Shown in pieces: positions 19,225 through 33,600 of a DNA stretch of 64,000 nucleotides. Origin of the DNA: Coraliomargarita sp. (lineage in GTDB: Bacteria > Verrucomicrobiota > Verrucomicrobiia > Opitutales > Coraliomargaritaceae); assembly GCA_965216325.1 (NCBI GenBank), contig OZ244160.1, positions 2,912,001-2,976,000 of the forward strand. Direction: 5' to 3'. The stretch's first letter is position 1; every line of letters starts with the position of its first letter. The position numbers and the translations under genes were made by a program. Under the pieces are notes generated by a model. That model worked only from the letters and a program-made list of their open reading frames with translations, was not told the DNA's origin and searched no databases.

Positions 19225-20001
19225 ATGTCCGACGCCTTCCTAAAAATTGCTGATCTTTATAAGTACTTTGGCGAAAACAAGGTGCTGGACGGAGTCGGGT
19301 TGGATGTGGCCAAAGGCAAGGTGACCACGATTATTGGGAAGAGTGGCATGGGCAAGTCAGTCTTGCTCAAGTGTATTGCCGATATCATTACACCGGACAG
19401 TGGTGTCATTGAGCTCAATGGTAAGCCGATCAAGCAGACGCGCCGCGCGGCTAGTGAAGGGCATGTCTCGTTTAGCTTCATGTTTCAGAACAATGCCTTG
19501 TTCGATTCGCTGACAGCCTTTGAAAATGTGGCTTTGCCACTACGTGAAGCGAGTCGGTTGAAGCGTGGCGAGATTCGTGAGAAGGTGGAAGATTTGCTCA
19601 CGCAGATGGACTTGAAGGATGCGATGCATCGTTTTCCCGGAGAACTTTCTGGCGGTATGAAGAAGCGTGTGGCCTTTGCGCGTGCCTTAGTGACCGACCC
19701 GCAGATCGTGATGTTTGACGAGCCAACCACCGGCCTGGATCCAGAGCGTAAGTTTGGGGTGTTTGATCTGATTGCTGAATATCGCGAACGTTTTGGCTTC
19801 ACGGCGGTATTGGTGAGCCACGATATCCCGGAAGTTTTTGAGATTAGTGATTACGTGGCTTGGCTGGACTCGGGCAAGATTCGCTTCTTTGGAGACCCGC
19901 AGGAGCTGAGTGCAAGCGAGGACGCCGAAGTCGTTGAATTTTTAAGCAAAGCAAAATTTGGTCAGTCCAATCGACCGAAATCTACAGGAGGTGGCTTATG
20001 A
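19225..20001 (+). CDS. mlaF: MlaF ABC ATPase
   Basis: GKSGMGKS, FQNNALFDS, LSGGMKKRV, DEPTTGLDP. Confidence 0.92.
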   Translation: MSDAFLKIADLYKYFGENKVLDGVGLDVAKGKVTTIIGKSGMGKSVLLKCIADIITPDSGVIELNGKPIKQTRRAASEGHVSFSFMFQNNALFDSLTAFENVALPLREASRLKRGEIREKVEDLLTQMDLKDAMHRFPGELSGGMKKRVAFARALVTDPQIVMFDEPTTGLDPERKFGVFDLIAEYRERFGFTAVLVSHDIPEVFEISDYVAWLDSGKIRFFGDPQELSASEDAEVVEFLSKAKFGQSNRPKSTGGGL

Positions 20002-20456
20002 TGAACCGTAAGATTGAATTTTTCGCCGGACTATTTGTGTTGGCAGGCTTGGTTGCCGTGCTCTATCTCGCCTTGCAGGTGGGTAGTGCACGCTTCTTCA
20101 ACAACGACAGCTATCAACTACAGGCGCGTTTCTCGAGTGCCGCGGGGGTGAATGCCGGAAGCCGCATTGAGATCGCCGGCGTTCGCGTCGGCACGGTGCG
20201 CAGCGTGGTGCTGAACGATGATTTTTATGCGATTGTGACGCTGGAGCTGCCGAAACGTATCGAGTTGGATGATGACACGATCGCGTCGGTGAAAACTGCA
20301 GGCTTGATAGGTGACCGCTATATCAACCTTTCGCCCGGTGGTTCGGGTTTCCCGCTGGAGCCGGGAGACACTATTGTGGACACCGAATCCGCTCTGGATA
20401 TCGAAAGTCTGATTAGCCGATTTGCGATGGGCGGGATTGACGGCGGCAAAGAGTAG
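19998..20456 (+). CDS. mlaD: MlaD MCE-domain protein
   Basis: AGVRVG.V, ASVKTAGLIGDRYINLSPG. Confidence 0.93.
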   Translation: MMNRKIEFFAGLFVLAGLVAVLYLALQVGSARFFNNDSYQLQARFSSAAGVNAGSRIEIAGVRVGTVRSVVLNDDFYAIVTLELPKRIELDDDTIASVKTAGLIGDRYINLSPGGSGFPLEPGDTIVDTESALDIESLISRFAMGGIDGGKE

Positions 20457-20475
20457 CCTAGACTCAGCTTCTAAT

Positions 20476-21099
20476 ATGAAGACATTCTACCTATTGGCTG
20501 CCCTGTTTCTTTCTGCCTGTCTGCTTCCAGCTCAGGCAGGAGAGGCTCCTGACGTTAAACTAAAAGCAACCATCAGTAAGGCACTGGATGTGTTTTATGG
20601 TGCTGGCGCTGAGGCTTCGAGCCCCGAGGAAAAGCGCGAGCAAATTCGAAGTATTCTCAGTGAAAGCTATGAACTGAGTGTGATTGTGCGCCGTGCGATG
20701 GGGCGCAACTGGAACCAACTGAGTGAATCTCAGCAGCTGGAAGTCTTGGATCTGTTTGAGCAATTGGTGGTGAAAGTCACGTATGAGGGCCTCACGGGAA
20801 CTGCTGAGCCTCAGATAAGCTATGGTGCATTGGTCACTGTGACCGATAAGCGAGTGGAGGTGCCGTCCACTGTGACCGCCGATGGAAAAACCTATAACTT
20901 GGTGTATCGACTTGGGCTGCTACAGTCTGGTTGGCAGATCTATGATATTGTTGCTGAGGATATTAGCTTGGTCTCCAACTACCGTCAGCAGTTTGATGAT
21001 CATTTTCGCCGTAGTGACGGCGCTGCCTTGGTTGCGAAACTGAAAGAACTTTTGAACAAAGAAACCCTGGATCTAGATACTCATGAACTCTCACTATAA
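20476..21099 (+). CDS. mlaC: MlaC/Ttg2D periplasmic lipid shuttle
   Basis: W.IYDIV.E.ISLV.NYR.QF; signal peptide from ATG 20476. Confidence 0.9.
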   Translation: MKTFYLLAALFLSACLLPAQAGEAPDVKLKATISKALDVFYGAGAEASSPEEKREQIRSILSESYELSVIVRRAMGRNWNQLSESQQLEVLDLFEQLVVKVTYEGLTGTAEPQISYGALVTVTDKRVEVPSTVTADGKTYNLVYRLGLLQSGWQIYDIVAEDISLVSNYRQQFDDHFRRSDGAALVAKLKELLNKETLDLDTHELSL

Positions 21100-21823
21100 G
21101 AAAACCGCCTACCTTCTTGCCTTTGCGGCTGCCAGCTCAACTCTTGCCGCAGAGGAGACTCTTTCAGACGAGGAATTCTTTGAGGAAGATCTCGAAGGTG
21201 TCGTTGAAGTCAGTGATCCTATCGAGCCGGTAAATCGTGTGATCTTTAAGTTCAACGATTTCTTTATTACGCACGTAATGACGCCTGTTTCGAAAGGCTA
21301 TAAAGCAATAACGACTAAGACGATTCGTCAGGGGGCGGATAATTTTTTCTACAACCTTCGCTATCCGGTGCGTGTGAGTGGCAACCTGCTTCAAGCTCGC
21401 TTTGATGGTGCATGGACTGAAACACGTCGTTTCGCGCTGAACTCGACTGCCGGCTTGGCTGGTGTGCTTGACCTTGCAAGCGAGACGGAAGGTCTTGAGA
21501 AGATCCCTAGTGAGGACGTTGCGCAAGCGTTTGCGTCTTGGGGCATTGGTGAAGGCCCGTATCTCGTGATTCCATTCATCGGTCCATCGAATGCGCGTGA
21601 TGGTCTCGGTTTAATCGGTGATAATGCTGTGCATCCATTTACCGAGCCGTTTTCTGTTCTGGATGACTGGGAGTGGCGTGTGGCATATGTGGCTTCCGAT
21701 GTAATCGTGAATAGCGAGGGCTTGATCAAAGGCTATGAGCAAATGAAGGGCAATTCGGTCGACCCTTACTCTGCAGTGAAGAACGCTTATACGCAGCATC
21801 GCCGTGCGCGTAACGCTGACTAA
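21083..21823 (+). CDS. mlaA: MlaA/VacJ family protein
   Basis: DPIEP.NR.IF.FND, NST.GLAG..D.A, GPYLV.P..GPS..RD. Confidence 0.9.
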   Translation: MNSHYKKTAYLLAFAAASSTLAAEETLSDEEFFEEDLEGVVEVSDPIEPVNRVIFKFNDFFITHVMTPVSKGYKAITTKTIRQGADNFFYNLRYPVRVSGNLLQARFDGAWTETRRFALNSTAGLAGVLDLASETEGLEKIPSEDVAQAFASWGIGEGPYLVIPFIGPSNARDGLGLIGDNAVHPFTEPFSVLDDWEWRVAYVASDVIVNSEGLIKGYEQMKGNSVDPYSAVKNAYTQHRRARNAD

Positions 21824-21861
21824 GCAGGCTTCGGTAGTCCGCTTTTTGAGAGGGTGCAGGC

Positions 21862-22302
21862 TTAGTCCTGCGCCCTTTTTTCTTCTTCAAAGGAGAGATC
21901 GTCGCAGTCCTCGGGACGATTTGCATGCAGCTCACTGGGCAAACAGATGTAGTAGATCATCAGCCACCAGCTCCAAGTGCTGCGGTAGAGAAGTATGGGT
22001 AGTAGCACTGCCCCGCCCAGACCAAGTGCAAGAGCCAGCTTGACTGAAAGCCAGCCCGCGAATCCGGCGAGCAGGGTTGGGGCTACGATGCAGATCGCGA
22101 TCAGCCCGTAGTTGATACACAGCGGGCCCAGATAGTAGCCATCGCCGCGCTCTAAGGTCATGCCACAACTGGGGCAGCGGTGATGGATTTTGAGGAAGCT
22201 GCGAAAGAGTTTCGATTCGCCACAGTTTGGGCAACGTCCACTCAGTCCCCGTCGAATTAGGTCACTGGTCGTCACTCTGGGCTGTGGTTCGAGGTCGTTC
22301 AT
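21862..22302 (-). CDS. DUF983-family Zn-ribbon membrane protein
   Basis: RGL.GRCP.CGE..LF...CP.CG followed by two TM segments. Confidence 0.85.
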   Translation of the reverse strand: MNDLEPQPRVTTSDLIRRGLSGRCPNCGESKLFRSFLKIHHRCPSCGMTLERGDGYYLGPLCINYGLIAICIVAPTLLAGFAGWLSVKLALALGLGGAVLLPILLYRSTWSWWLMIYYICLPSELHANRPEDCDDLSFEEEKRAQD

Positions 22303-23087
22303 TCGAAATAGCGCTTGAAGTTGTCTGCTATTTGCTCGGCGAGTGTCTCTGTGTTGCTGCCGCGTATCTTAGCAATGGCTTCGTAGCCGCAGCGTAAGTT
22401 GGCAGGGTGGCAGAGTTGCGAGTCGCTGAGTTCAAATTCGCGAAACTGCTCAGTTGGCAGGAAGTCGGGGGCATCGGTCTCGATGAGGAGTCGTTCGGCA
22501 GGGATGGCTCGAATGCGCTCCCGAACTTGAGTCTTGGCTGGCTTGAGTTGGCCGGCGTTGAAAGAGAAATACGCACCCAGTTCAACGAGCTCGGGAAGGA
22601 GTTCGATGGGTCCGTTGTAGGCGTGGATGTGGATCCCGCGTGTGGGTAGATCTACATGGCGCAGGCTGTCCATTAGGGGGCCGATGGCGCGCAGGCAGTG
22701 TATGGAGCAGGGGAGGTTGTGTTCGTGTGCAAGGCCGAGTTGGAAGCGAAAGGCAGCCTGCTGCTGTTCGATGTCGTGGTCTTCGATCCATTTATCCAAA
22801 CCGATCTCACCGATGGCTTCTGCGCCCTGATCCAGCGCTGAGAGCAATTGCTGCTGCCAATCCTCGGGTGCGGTATTGACCTTCCATGGGTGGAGGCCGA
22901 TGGCTGGGATAATGGCTGGCTGGCTGTGTGCGAGGGCTAAGACCGCTGGCCAGTCCTCGGGGGAGGTGCCGACGACTACTGCTTTGCCCAGATCAATCTC
23001 CGCATAGCGTGCCCATATCTCGTCCTGATGCGCAAGCAGTGACGCATCCGCAAGGTGGACATGGGCATCATAGAGTGGGGCTGGCAT
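22299..23087 (-). CDS. tatD: TatD family deoxyribonuclease
   Basis: DAH.HL, GLHPW, GEIGLD, ETDAPD motifs. Confidence 0.92.
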   Translation of the reverse strand: MPAPLYDAHVHLADASLLAHQDEIWARYAEIDLGKAVVVGTSPEDWPAVLALAHSQPAIIPAIGLHPWKVNTAPEDWQQQLLSALDQGAEAIGEIGLDKWIEDHDIEQQQAAFRFQLGLAHEHNLPCSIHCLRAIGPLMDSLRHVDLPTRGIHIHAYNGPIELLPELVELGAYFSFNAGQLKPAKTQVRERIRAIPAERLLIETDAPDFLPTEQFREFELSDSQLCHPANLRCGYEAIAKIRGSNTETLAEQIADNFKRYFE

Positions 23088-23095
23088 CTGGTCTT

Positions 23096-23200
23096 TTACA
23101 GAATAATTTTGGACAGACGAAGCTTTGCGAAGATGGCAGAGCAATAATTTCTTACCTGACGTAAGCGCAGATAATGATTCTGTCCAAAATTATTCTGTAA
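23096..23200. repeat. 22-bp perfect inverted repeat element
   Basis: TTACAGAATAATTTTGGACAGA (23096-23117) and its exact reverse complement at 23179-23200. Confidence 0.85.
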
Positions 23201-23218
23201 TAATCCGTAGGATCGGCC

Positions 23219-23638
23219 TCAAGCCTCAGTCTGGCAAGATTGTGCGAAGCGTTGCACGGATTCGACGATACGGCTGAGGCCATTGCGGCGATTCGGCGAT
23301 AGGTGCTGCGTGATGCCAACCTCACCGAGAAAGCTCGCGTCGTTGGCGATGATATCCTCAGGAGTCGCCTCGCTGTAGAAAGTACACAGCAGACTGGCGA
23401 TACCTTTAACGATCGCGGAGTCGGACTCGGAGCGGAAGTAGCAGAGGCCGTCCTTGAACTCAGGCACCACCCAAAGTTGCGACATGCAGCCTTCGATCTT
23501 GAAGCTGTCGATGCGTAGATCCTCAGGAAGCCCCTCGGCCTTCTTGCCGAGTTCGACGATGTGCCCCAGGCGCTCATAGGCGTCGGGGATCAAGTTGATC
23601 TCTTCAACGAGGTCGTTTTGTTTCTCTGCTAAAGACAT
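23219..23638 (-). CDS. sufE: SufE Fe-S sulfur-transfer protein
   Basis: GC.SQLW, S.S.IVKG, LSP.R.NGL motifs. Confidence 0.93.
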   Translation of the reverse strand: MSLAEKQNDLVEEINLIPDAYERLGHIVELGKKAEGLPEDLRIDSFKIEGCMSQLWVVPEFKDGLCYFRSESDSAIVKGIASLLCTFYSEATPEDIIANDASFLGEVGITQHLSPNRRNGLSRIVESVQRFAQSCQTEA

Positions 23639-23760
23639 GGGGTGAGGATATAGACGCTCCTTTGGCCCTGTGAGAAGCCCAAAAATTCAACGATTACAGA
23701 AGAATGGCTTCCAAATTTGCCAAGCTTTTGAGCAGCGATTAGATAAATACTTTCCAAAGC

Positions 23761-25302
23761 ATGCTTACGATGAGGTTATTAATCGCAGTTTTCAGTTTGG
23801 GTTTACTGATTGGTTTCTGCGGCTGTGCTTCAGTGGATTTCGACTATCCCAAAGAGGAGTCGGTCGCGGTTGAGCCGGACCCGGTCCGACTGCTCTGGAG
23901 CGAGGCACCGCAATTGCACGCGGGGAGTGCGCATTTCCATATGGTTTCCGATGGAATTGATGCACTGGCCCTACGGATGCTCTTGGCGCACAAAGCGGAG
24001 CATACGATCGATGTGCAGTACTATCTGATTAAGGATGACATCATTGGATACGCCTTTATAGGCGCGCTGATCAACGCGGCAGATCGTGGTGTGCGTGTGC
24101 GGATGCTACTGGATGATAATTTAACTCAAGGCTTTGAGGAGGTCTTTGCCGCATTGGATGCACACCCTCATTTTGACTTGAGGATCTTTAACCCCTTTGC
24201 GCGACGGTCGATGCGCGTGCTCGATGGTGTGACTGACTTTTCGCGAGTGAATCGACGGATGCATAATAAGACCTTCATCGTCGATAATGAGTATGTCATC
24301 ATCGGCGGCCGGAATATTGCGTCTGAGTATTTTGGGGCGAACGAGTCAGAGCGTTTCAGCGACTTGGATGTCTTAGCGCTTGGACCCGTGGTCAATGATG
24401 CTTCAGACATGTTTGATTCCTATTGGAATCATCAGCTGTCCTTGCCGGTGCCTGCCTTTTACCGCCATCGTTTTGATGGCGAAGCGATGCTTCTGGCGCT
24501 ACGTGAGGACATTGATGCTGTGCTCAACGACAAGGATGATCGCCGAGCCTATCGCGAAGCGGCCAAGGCGCGCTATGATTATTTTGCCGAGTCGGATGCC
24601 TCGATTTTTGCAGCTGCGCCGTATCAACTGGTGTTTGATTCCCCGGATAAAGGTGAGAAAGCGCTGGCGGATGAAGCCTTGTCGATTCGAGCACCGCTGC
24701 GTGCTGCGGTTGAATCTGCAACTGAGGAGCTAATCGTCGTCTCGCCATACTTCATTCCTTTAAAAGATACCATCGATGAGCTGATCGCGATCGACCAGTC
24801 TGGTGTCCGAATCATCATTGTCACGAACTCCTTGACCGCGAACAACCATCTACTGGTGCACAGTGGGTATGCGCCGATACGCAAACCCTTGCTGCGCGGT
24901 GGCGTCGAAATGTTTGAAGCGCGCTACGACATCGAAGTTGCGGGCTCGCAGTATGTGGCCACCGAGAAGACCTTAACGACGCTGCACACGAAGGCCTTCA
25001 TCGTGGACCGCGAGAAGATTTTTGTCGGCTCGTTTAATTTTGATCCGCGCTCAGCCTATATCAACACTGAGTCCGGTGTGATCATTGATTCGCCCGAGAT
25101 CGTGGCACCGTTGGTCGAGCGCTTTGAGGAGATCATTCCACAGCATGCGTATGAGTTGTTCTTGAATGAGAGGGGCCATTTGACCTGGCGGACAGAGATC
25201 GACGGTGAAGTGGTCGAGTATAAGACCGATCCCGAGGCCAGCCTATGGCAGCGTATGCTCGCGGGGATGCTGGGGTGGTTGCCGATTGATAAACAGCTGT
25301 AG
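23761..25302 (+). CDS. phospholipase D family lipoprotein (ClsC-like)
   Basis: Two HKD motifs (HNKTFIVD, HTKAFIVD), GSFNFDPRS; lipobox-like FCGC. Confidence 0.9.
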   Translation: MLTMRLLIAVFSLGLLIGFCGCASVDFDYPKEESVAVEPDPVRLLWSEAPQLHAGSAHFHMVSDGIDALALRMLLAHKAEHTIDVQYYLIKDDIIGYAFIGALINAADRGVRVRMLLDDNLTQGFEEVFAALDAHPHFDLRIFNPFARRSMRVLDGVTDFSRVNRRMHNKTFIVDNEYVIIGGRNIASEYFGANESERFSDLDVLALGPVVNDASDMFDSYWNHQLSLPVPAFYRHRFDGEAMLLALREDIDAVLNDKDDRRAYREAAKARYDYFAESDASIFAAAPYQLVFDSPDKGEKALADEALSIRAPLRAAVESATEELIVVSPYFIPLKDTIDELIAIDQSGVRIIIVTNSLTANNHLLVHSGYAPIRKPLLRGGVEMFEARYDIEVAGSQYVATEKTLTTLHTKAFIVDREKIFVGSFNFDPRSAYINTESGVIIDSPEIVAPLVERFEEIIPQHAYELFLNERGHLTWRTEIDGEVVEYKTDPEASLWQRMLAGMLGWLPIDKQL

Positions 25303-25423
25303 ATGCTCCACTTGTGGATGCATTTTCCGATTGTTTTGGATTTGGAAACCGAGGGTAACCAATTTGAAGCGGTATAAGAAGACGAAGTGATACACAAGTG
25401 CGCGCGCTACCATACTGAGGCAC

Positions 25424-25454
25424 AAAAAAGCCCGACCGTTTTCGGTCGGGCTTT
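25424..25454. terminator. bidirectional intrinsic terminator between the PLD gene and eno
   Basis: AAAAAAGCCCGACCG-TTTT-CGGTCGGGCTTT. Confidence 0.85.
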
Positions 25455-25477
25455 GTGTAAATCTAAACGACGAGGTC

Positions 25478-26833
<1,356 letters not shown>

Positions 26834-26971
26834 TCAAAGCAGGCACCTGTTGTGTGGTTGCGGAGCCAACTGTCAACGCTTCCCCGATAAGTATTCTTTA
26901 TGATAAGGAGGAGGTGTGGCTAATGATAAGTTTTGCTAATTTTGATATGGATCCAAATTAGATTTTGGTTT

Positions 26972-27037
26972 GTAGCACAGGCGTCTCGCCTGTGTTCTTC
27001 TCGGGCAGGAATGCAACAGGCAAGATGCCTGTTCTAC
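26972..27037. repeat. GTAG-type REP-like doublet
   Basis: GTAGCACAGGCGTCTCGCCTGT...ACAGGCAAGATGCCTGTTCTAC. Confidence 0.75.
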
Positions 27038-27049
27038 TTCGCGAAGCAC

Positions 27050-27081
27050 AAAAAAGCTCCGGTGGTGACAACCGGAGCTTT
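27050..27081 (-). terminator. intrinsic terminator
   Basis: AAAAAAGCTCCGGT...ACCGGAGCTTT. Confidence 0.8.
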
Positions 27082-27104
27082 GGGAAATGATGTGTGTTCG
27101 GAAA

Positions 27105-27791
27105 CTACAGACCTTGGCGGATGTAGAAGTCGAGGCGCTGCTGCCATTGGCTGCCGAGTGGCATACCAGCAACTTGATCCGCGTAGCTGTCGAATACGGC
27201 CTTTTCACCCTTGGTGTAGGCGTCGACTGCGAGGTGGTAAGCGGCTTCGGCACGAACCGCTTCAGATGCGTTGCTGTCCGATGCGAGGCTGCTCAGAGCT
27301 GCGAGCGCTTGGTCGGCTTGGTCTGCATTGAAGAGTGCAAATGCTTGGCCGAGTTGTGCGCGGTCGGCGAGGGAGTAGCCGTCGAGTGCGCTGGCAGCAA
27401 TACCGTAGAACTCGATTGCGGTATCAAATTCGCCAGCGGAGTAGGCTTCGTCGGCGACAGTAAGTGCTGCGAAACCGCCGAGGGACTTGTCGCTGTTCGC
27501 CTTGGCGAAGTCAGCAAGCGTTTCAGTGGCTTTGGCTTCATTGAAGGCTGCCTGAAGCTTAGCGTCGGCACTGTCCTTATACATACGCAGGCCGTTGATG
27601 CCAACGAGCACAGCACAGAGGAGGAGGAAGCAGCCGATGATGAAGCCCTTATTTTCCATCCAGTAGATGGCTGCACGGTCTTCAAAGGAAATTTCTACGG
27701 ACTCCTCGGTGTCGATGAGGTTACGCTCGTCGACGACATTCTCTTCGCCGAGTAATGGGTCCTGATTCTTCTTTTTCTTGGGTCGGTTCAT
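27105..27791 (-). CDS. YfgM-like TPR membrane-anchored protein
   Basis: YW.ENK..I before a single TM; helical repeats. Confidence 0.7.
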   Translation of the reverse strand: MNRPKKKKNQDPLLGEENVVDERNLIDTEESVEISFEDRAAIYWMENKGFIIGCFLLLCAVLVGINGLRMYKDSADAKLQAAFNEAKATETLADFAKANSDKSLGGFAALTVADEAYSAGEFDTAIEFYGIAASALDGYSLADRAQLGQAFALFNADQADQALAALSSLASDSNASEAVRAEAAYHLAVDAYTKGEKAVFDSYADQVAGMPLGSQWQQRLDFYIRQGL

Positions 27792-27831
27792 GACAAAGTT
27801 GGTAAATTAAAGAGGGGAAATTGGTAGGTTC

Positions 27832-28683
27832 TTAGTCAAAGACAACGGTTTTATTGTGGTAGACCAAAATGCGATTATCCAGGTGCAGACGAATCGCTTG
27901 GGCGAACACCGACTTTTCGAGGTCTTTGCCCTTGCGGACGAGATCGGCGACCGCGTTGCGGTGATTGATACGTGTCACGTCTTGGTGGATGATCGGGCCT
28001 TCGTCGAGGTCGGCAGTCGCGTAGTGCGCAGTGGCACCGATCAGCTTTACTCCACGGGTGTGGGCTTGGTGATAGGGCTTACCGCCGGCGAAAGCTGGCA
28101 GGAAGGAGTGGTGGATGTTGATTACCGGGCAGCCAACTTTTGCGAGGAAATCGTCGGATAAGACCTGCATGTAGCGCGCCATCACAACGAGCTCACAGTT
28201 GTATTGCTGCACGATCTCGATCTGCTTGGCTTCGGCCTCCGGCTTAGTCTCCTTAGTAACCGGCACGTGGTAGAACGGTAGCTCGTAGCGCTCGGCTTCA
28301 GTGCGCAGTGCCTCATGATTCGAAACGATACAGGCCAGCTCACCCGCCATTTCACCCGCGCGGAAGCGCAGGATGGTGTCGTGGAAGCAATGGTCGATCT
28401 TGGAAACGAACAGTGCAACTTTCGGCTTGTCGGTGGAAAGCGCTACGGACACTTCCATGCCGAGCTCTTCCGATGCAAACTTCTTGAAAGATGCCGCTTC
28501 CTCGTCGATTTGTCCGGACGGCGCCCATTCGACACGTTGGAAGAAAATATTGGCTTCCTGATCCTTGTGCTGATCCGCGTGGTGAATGTTACTGCCACGC
28601 AGGAAGATCCAGCTGGATACTCGGGAAACCAGTCCCGGTTGATCCGGGCCAGAAAGTAGGGCGATGATGGTCTGCGGTTTCAT
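27832..28683 (-). CDS. purU: formyltetrahydrofolate deformylase
   Basis: ACT domain, INIHHSFLP.F.G..PY.QA..RGVKLIGATAHY, DEGPII. Confidence 0.97.
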   Translation of the reverse strand: MKPQTIIALLSGPDQPGLVSRVSSWIFLRGSNIHHADQHKDQEANIFFQRVEWAPSGQIDEEAASFKKFASEELGMEVSVALSTDKPKVALFVSKIDHCFHDTILRFRAGEMAGELACIVSNHEALRTEAERYELPFYHVPVTKETKPEAEAKQIEIVQQYNCELVVMARYMQVLSDDFLAKVGCPVINIHHSFLPAFAGGKPYHQAHTRGVKLIGATAHYATADLDEGPIIHQDVTRINHRNAVADLVRKGKDLEKSVFAQAIRLHLDNRILVYHNKTVVFD

Positions 28684-28776
28684 TGCAAAGGCGCAGAACA
28701 AGGAGAAATTTGACTTAGATCAAGTTGATATCGCGCGGTAGTGCAGATTGGGCCGTGGATTGCTAATTGCGAGCGA

Positions 28777-30171
28777 CTATTCAATACGCTCGCTACGCTT
28801 TTGATCCATGAACGCTACCAGTTCGGTTAAACCGGCTTCTTTGGCTTTATCGTAGTGAGTTTTCTCGAATGAAGTAATCATTTCGAAATCTGCGCCTGCT
28901 TCGATCAATGCTTTGGCAAACACGATGTCCTGGCTTCGAATTGCACCTGAAAGGAGTGTGCTATCACCTGCGCCGCGCTCATTGATGTCAGCTCCGGCAG
29001 CTGTCAGTAGGCGCATCGCTTCAATCTTCTCCTTATCGCGGAAGGTCACATTGTTGATGGGCTTCCAATCGTGAGCGTTGCCTGCGTTTGGATTCATTCC
29101 TTTTTCGAGCAGTAGCTCGATGGTCTCGAGCGTTCCGTAGCGCGCGGCCATGTAAAGAGCGCCGTCTTTGCTGTCGAAAGTTGTATGGTGGATGTTGGCA
29201 CCGTTCTCAATGAGGAACTTTACGATTTCGGTTTGCTCATCTTCGATCGCAACAAAAAGAGGCGTCTTTTTACCGATTTCCACTCCTGCATCGACGGCGG
29301 CACCCAACTTGTGGAGCATCTTAGCGTTCTCTAAGTTCTCGCGGCGGATCGCATACTGAAATGCAGTTTCACCTCCTCCCCAGTCGTTCTTATGGTCGAT
29401 GTCTGATCCGGCTTCGAGCAGCAGATGAATCAATGACTCGTTGATCTCGGACTCTGTGGCTGCAATGTAAAACGCAGTTTCCTTAGAGTCGTCTTCAGCG
29501 TTCACATCTGCTCCTTTCTCCAGCGCTAATTTGGCGAGTTCCTCGTTTTCGAAGCGGACTGCATAGTGCAGTAAGGTTTGTTGGTTCTCGGCGCGTGCCT
29601 CGATCAGGTCAGGATACTTCTCCAGATAAGCCTCAACCTTCTCAGGCGCTGCATTCATGATCCACATGAAGCGTTGCTCTGGTTTCGCCGTGGCTGCGGG
29701 TCCGTTTTCGATTTCGTCGATCGCTTGTTGAAGCTGCGCAACTTGTTCCTCACGCATGCGCAGCCAAGTGAAATCCTTGTCTTTGCCTGGCATGGGGAAG
29801 CTTAGGCTATCTTGTGCCACGGTAATGCTGAGTTCGACTTTGTCGGTGATGTTAACGGTGACGACGTCGTTTTCGATCGAGACGATAGAGTAGGGCATTG
29901 GTTTTCCTCCGCGACCGCCACGATACTGGTTGCACTCAGTGCCGGTGAATTCGATCACCATCTTATTTAGAAAGTGACGGGCGAGTTGCTTGCCGAAGTC
30001 CTCTTCACTGACGGCAGCATCACCCGCTTGTTCACGAAGCAGCGCTTCAATCGATTCGGGAGAAACTTTCCAATAACCGACGATGCTGTGTTCGTCGGTT
30101 GGCTTTGAGCAGCCGATGAAGCCGAGCAGGCCTACCAGTAGGAAAAGTGGGATGAGCGCTTTGTAATTCAT
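28777..30171 (-). CDS. ankyrin-repeat lipoprotein
   Basis: Lipobox FIGC; repeated T.LH.A / GADVN ankyrin units. Confidence 0.85.
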   Translation of the reverse strand: MNYKALIPLFLLVGLLGFIGCSKPTDEHSIVGYWKVSPESIEALLREQAGDAAVSEEDFGKQLARHFLNKMVIEFTGTECNQYRGGRGGKPMPYSIVSIENDVVTVNITDKVELSITVAQDSLSFPMPGKDKDFTWLRMREEQVAQLQQAIDEIENGPAATAKPEQRFMWIMNAAPEKVEAYLEKYPDLIEARAENQQTLLHYAVRFENEELAKLALEKGADVNAEDDSKETAFYIAATESEINESLIHLLLEAGSDIDHKNDWGGGETAFQYAIRRENLENAKMLHKLGAAVDAGVEIGKKTPLFVAIEDEQTEIVKFLIENGANIHHTTFDSKDGALYMAARYGTLETIELLLEKGMNPNAGNAHDWKPINNVTFRDKEKIEAMRLLTAAGADINERGAGDSTLLSGAIRSQDIVFAKALIEAGADFEMITSFEKTHYDKAKEAGLTELVAFMDQKRSERIE

Positions 30172-30191
30172 AAGAGTATTGTGGTGCATAC

Positions 30192-30234
30192 AAAAAAATA
30201 CCCCACGAGCATATTCAACGCTTCGTGAGGTATT
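30192..30234 (-). terminator. intrinsic terminator of carB
   Basis: AATACC.CACGAGC/GCTTCGTG.GGTATT hairpin followed by a T-run on the minus strand. Confidence 0.6.
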
Positions 30235-30256
30235 GCGGAATTAATTAGACACTTGT

Positions 30257-33493
<3,237 letters not shown>

Positions 33494-33600
33494 AAATTGC
33501 GGAAAGCGTGGAATTTTTACTCTGCCATGCAAGCACGAAGACGCAAATGCGGCAGCTGGACGAAAATTATCCGACTGAGCTATTTTCAGCTCAGTCGGGA

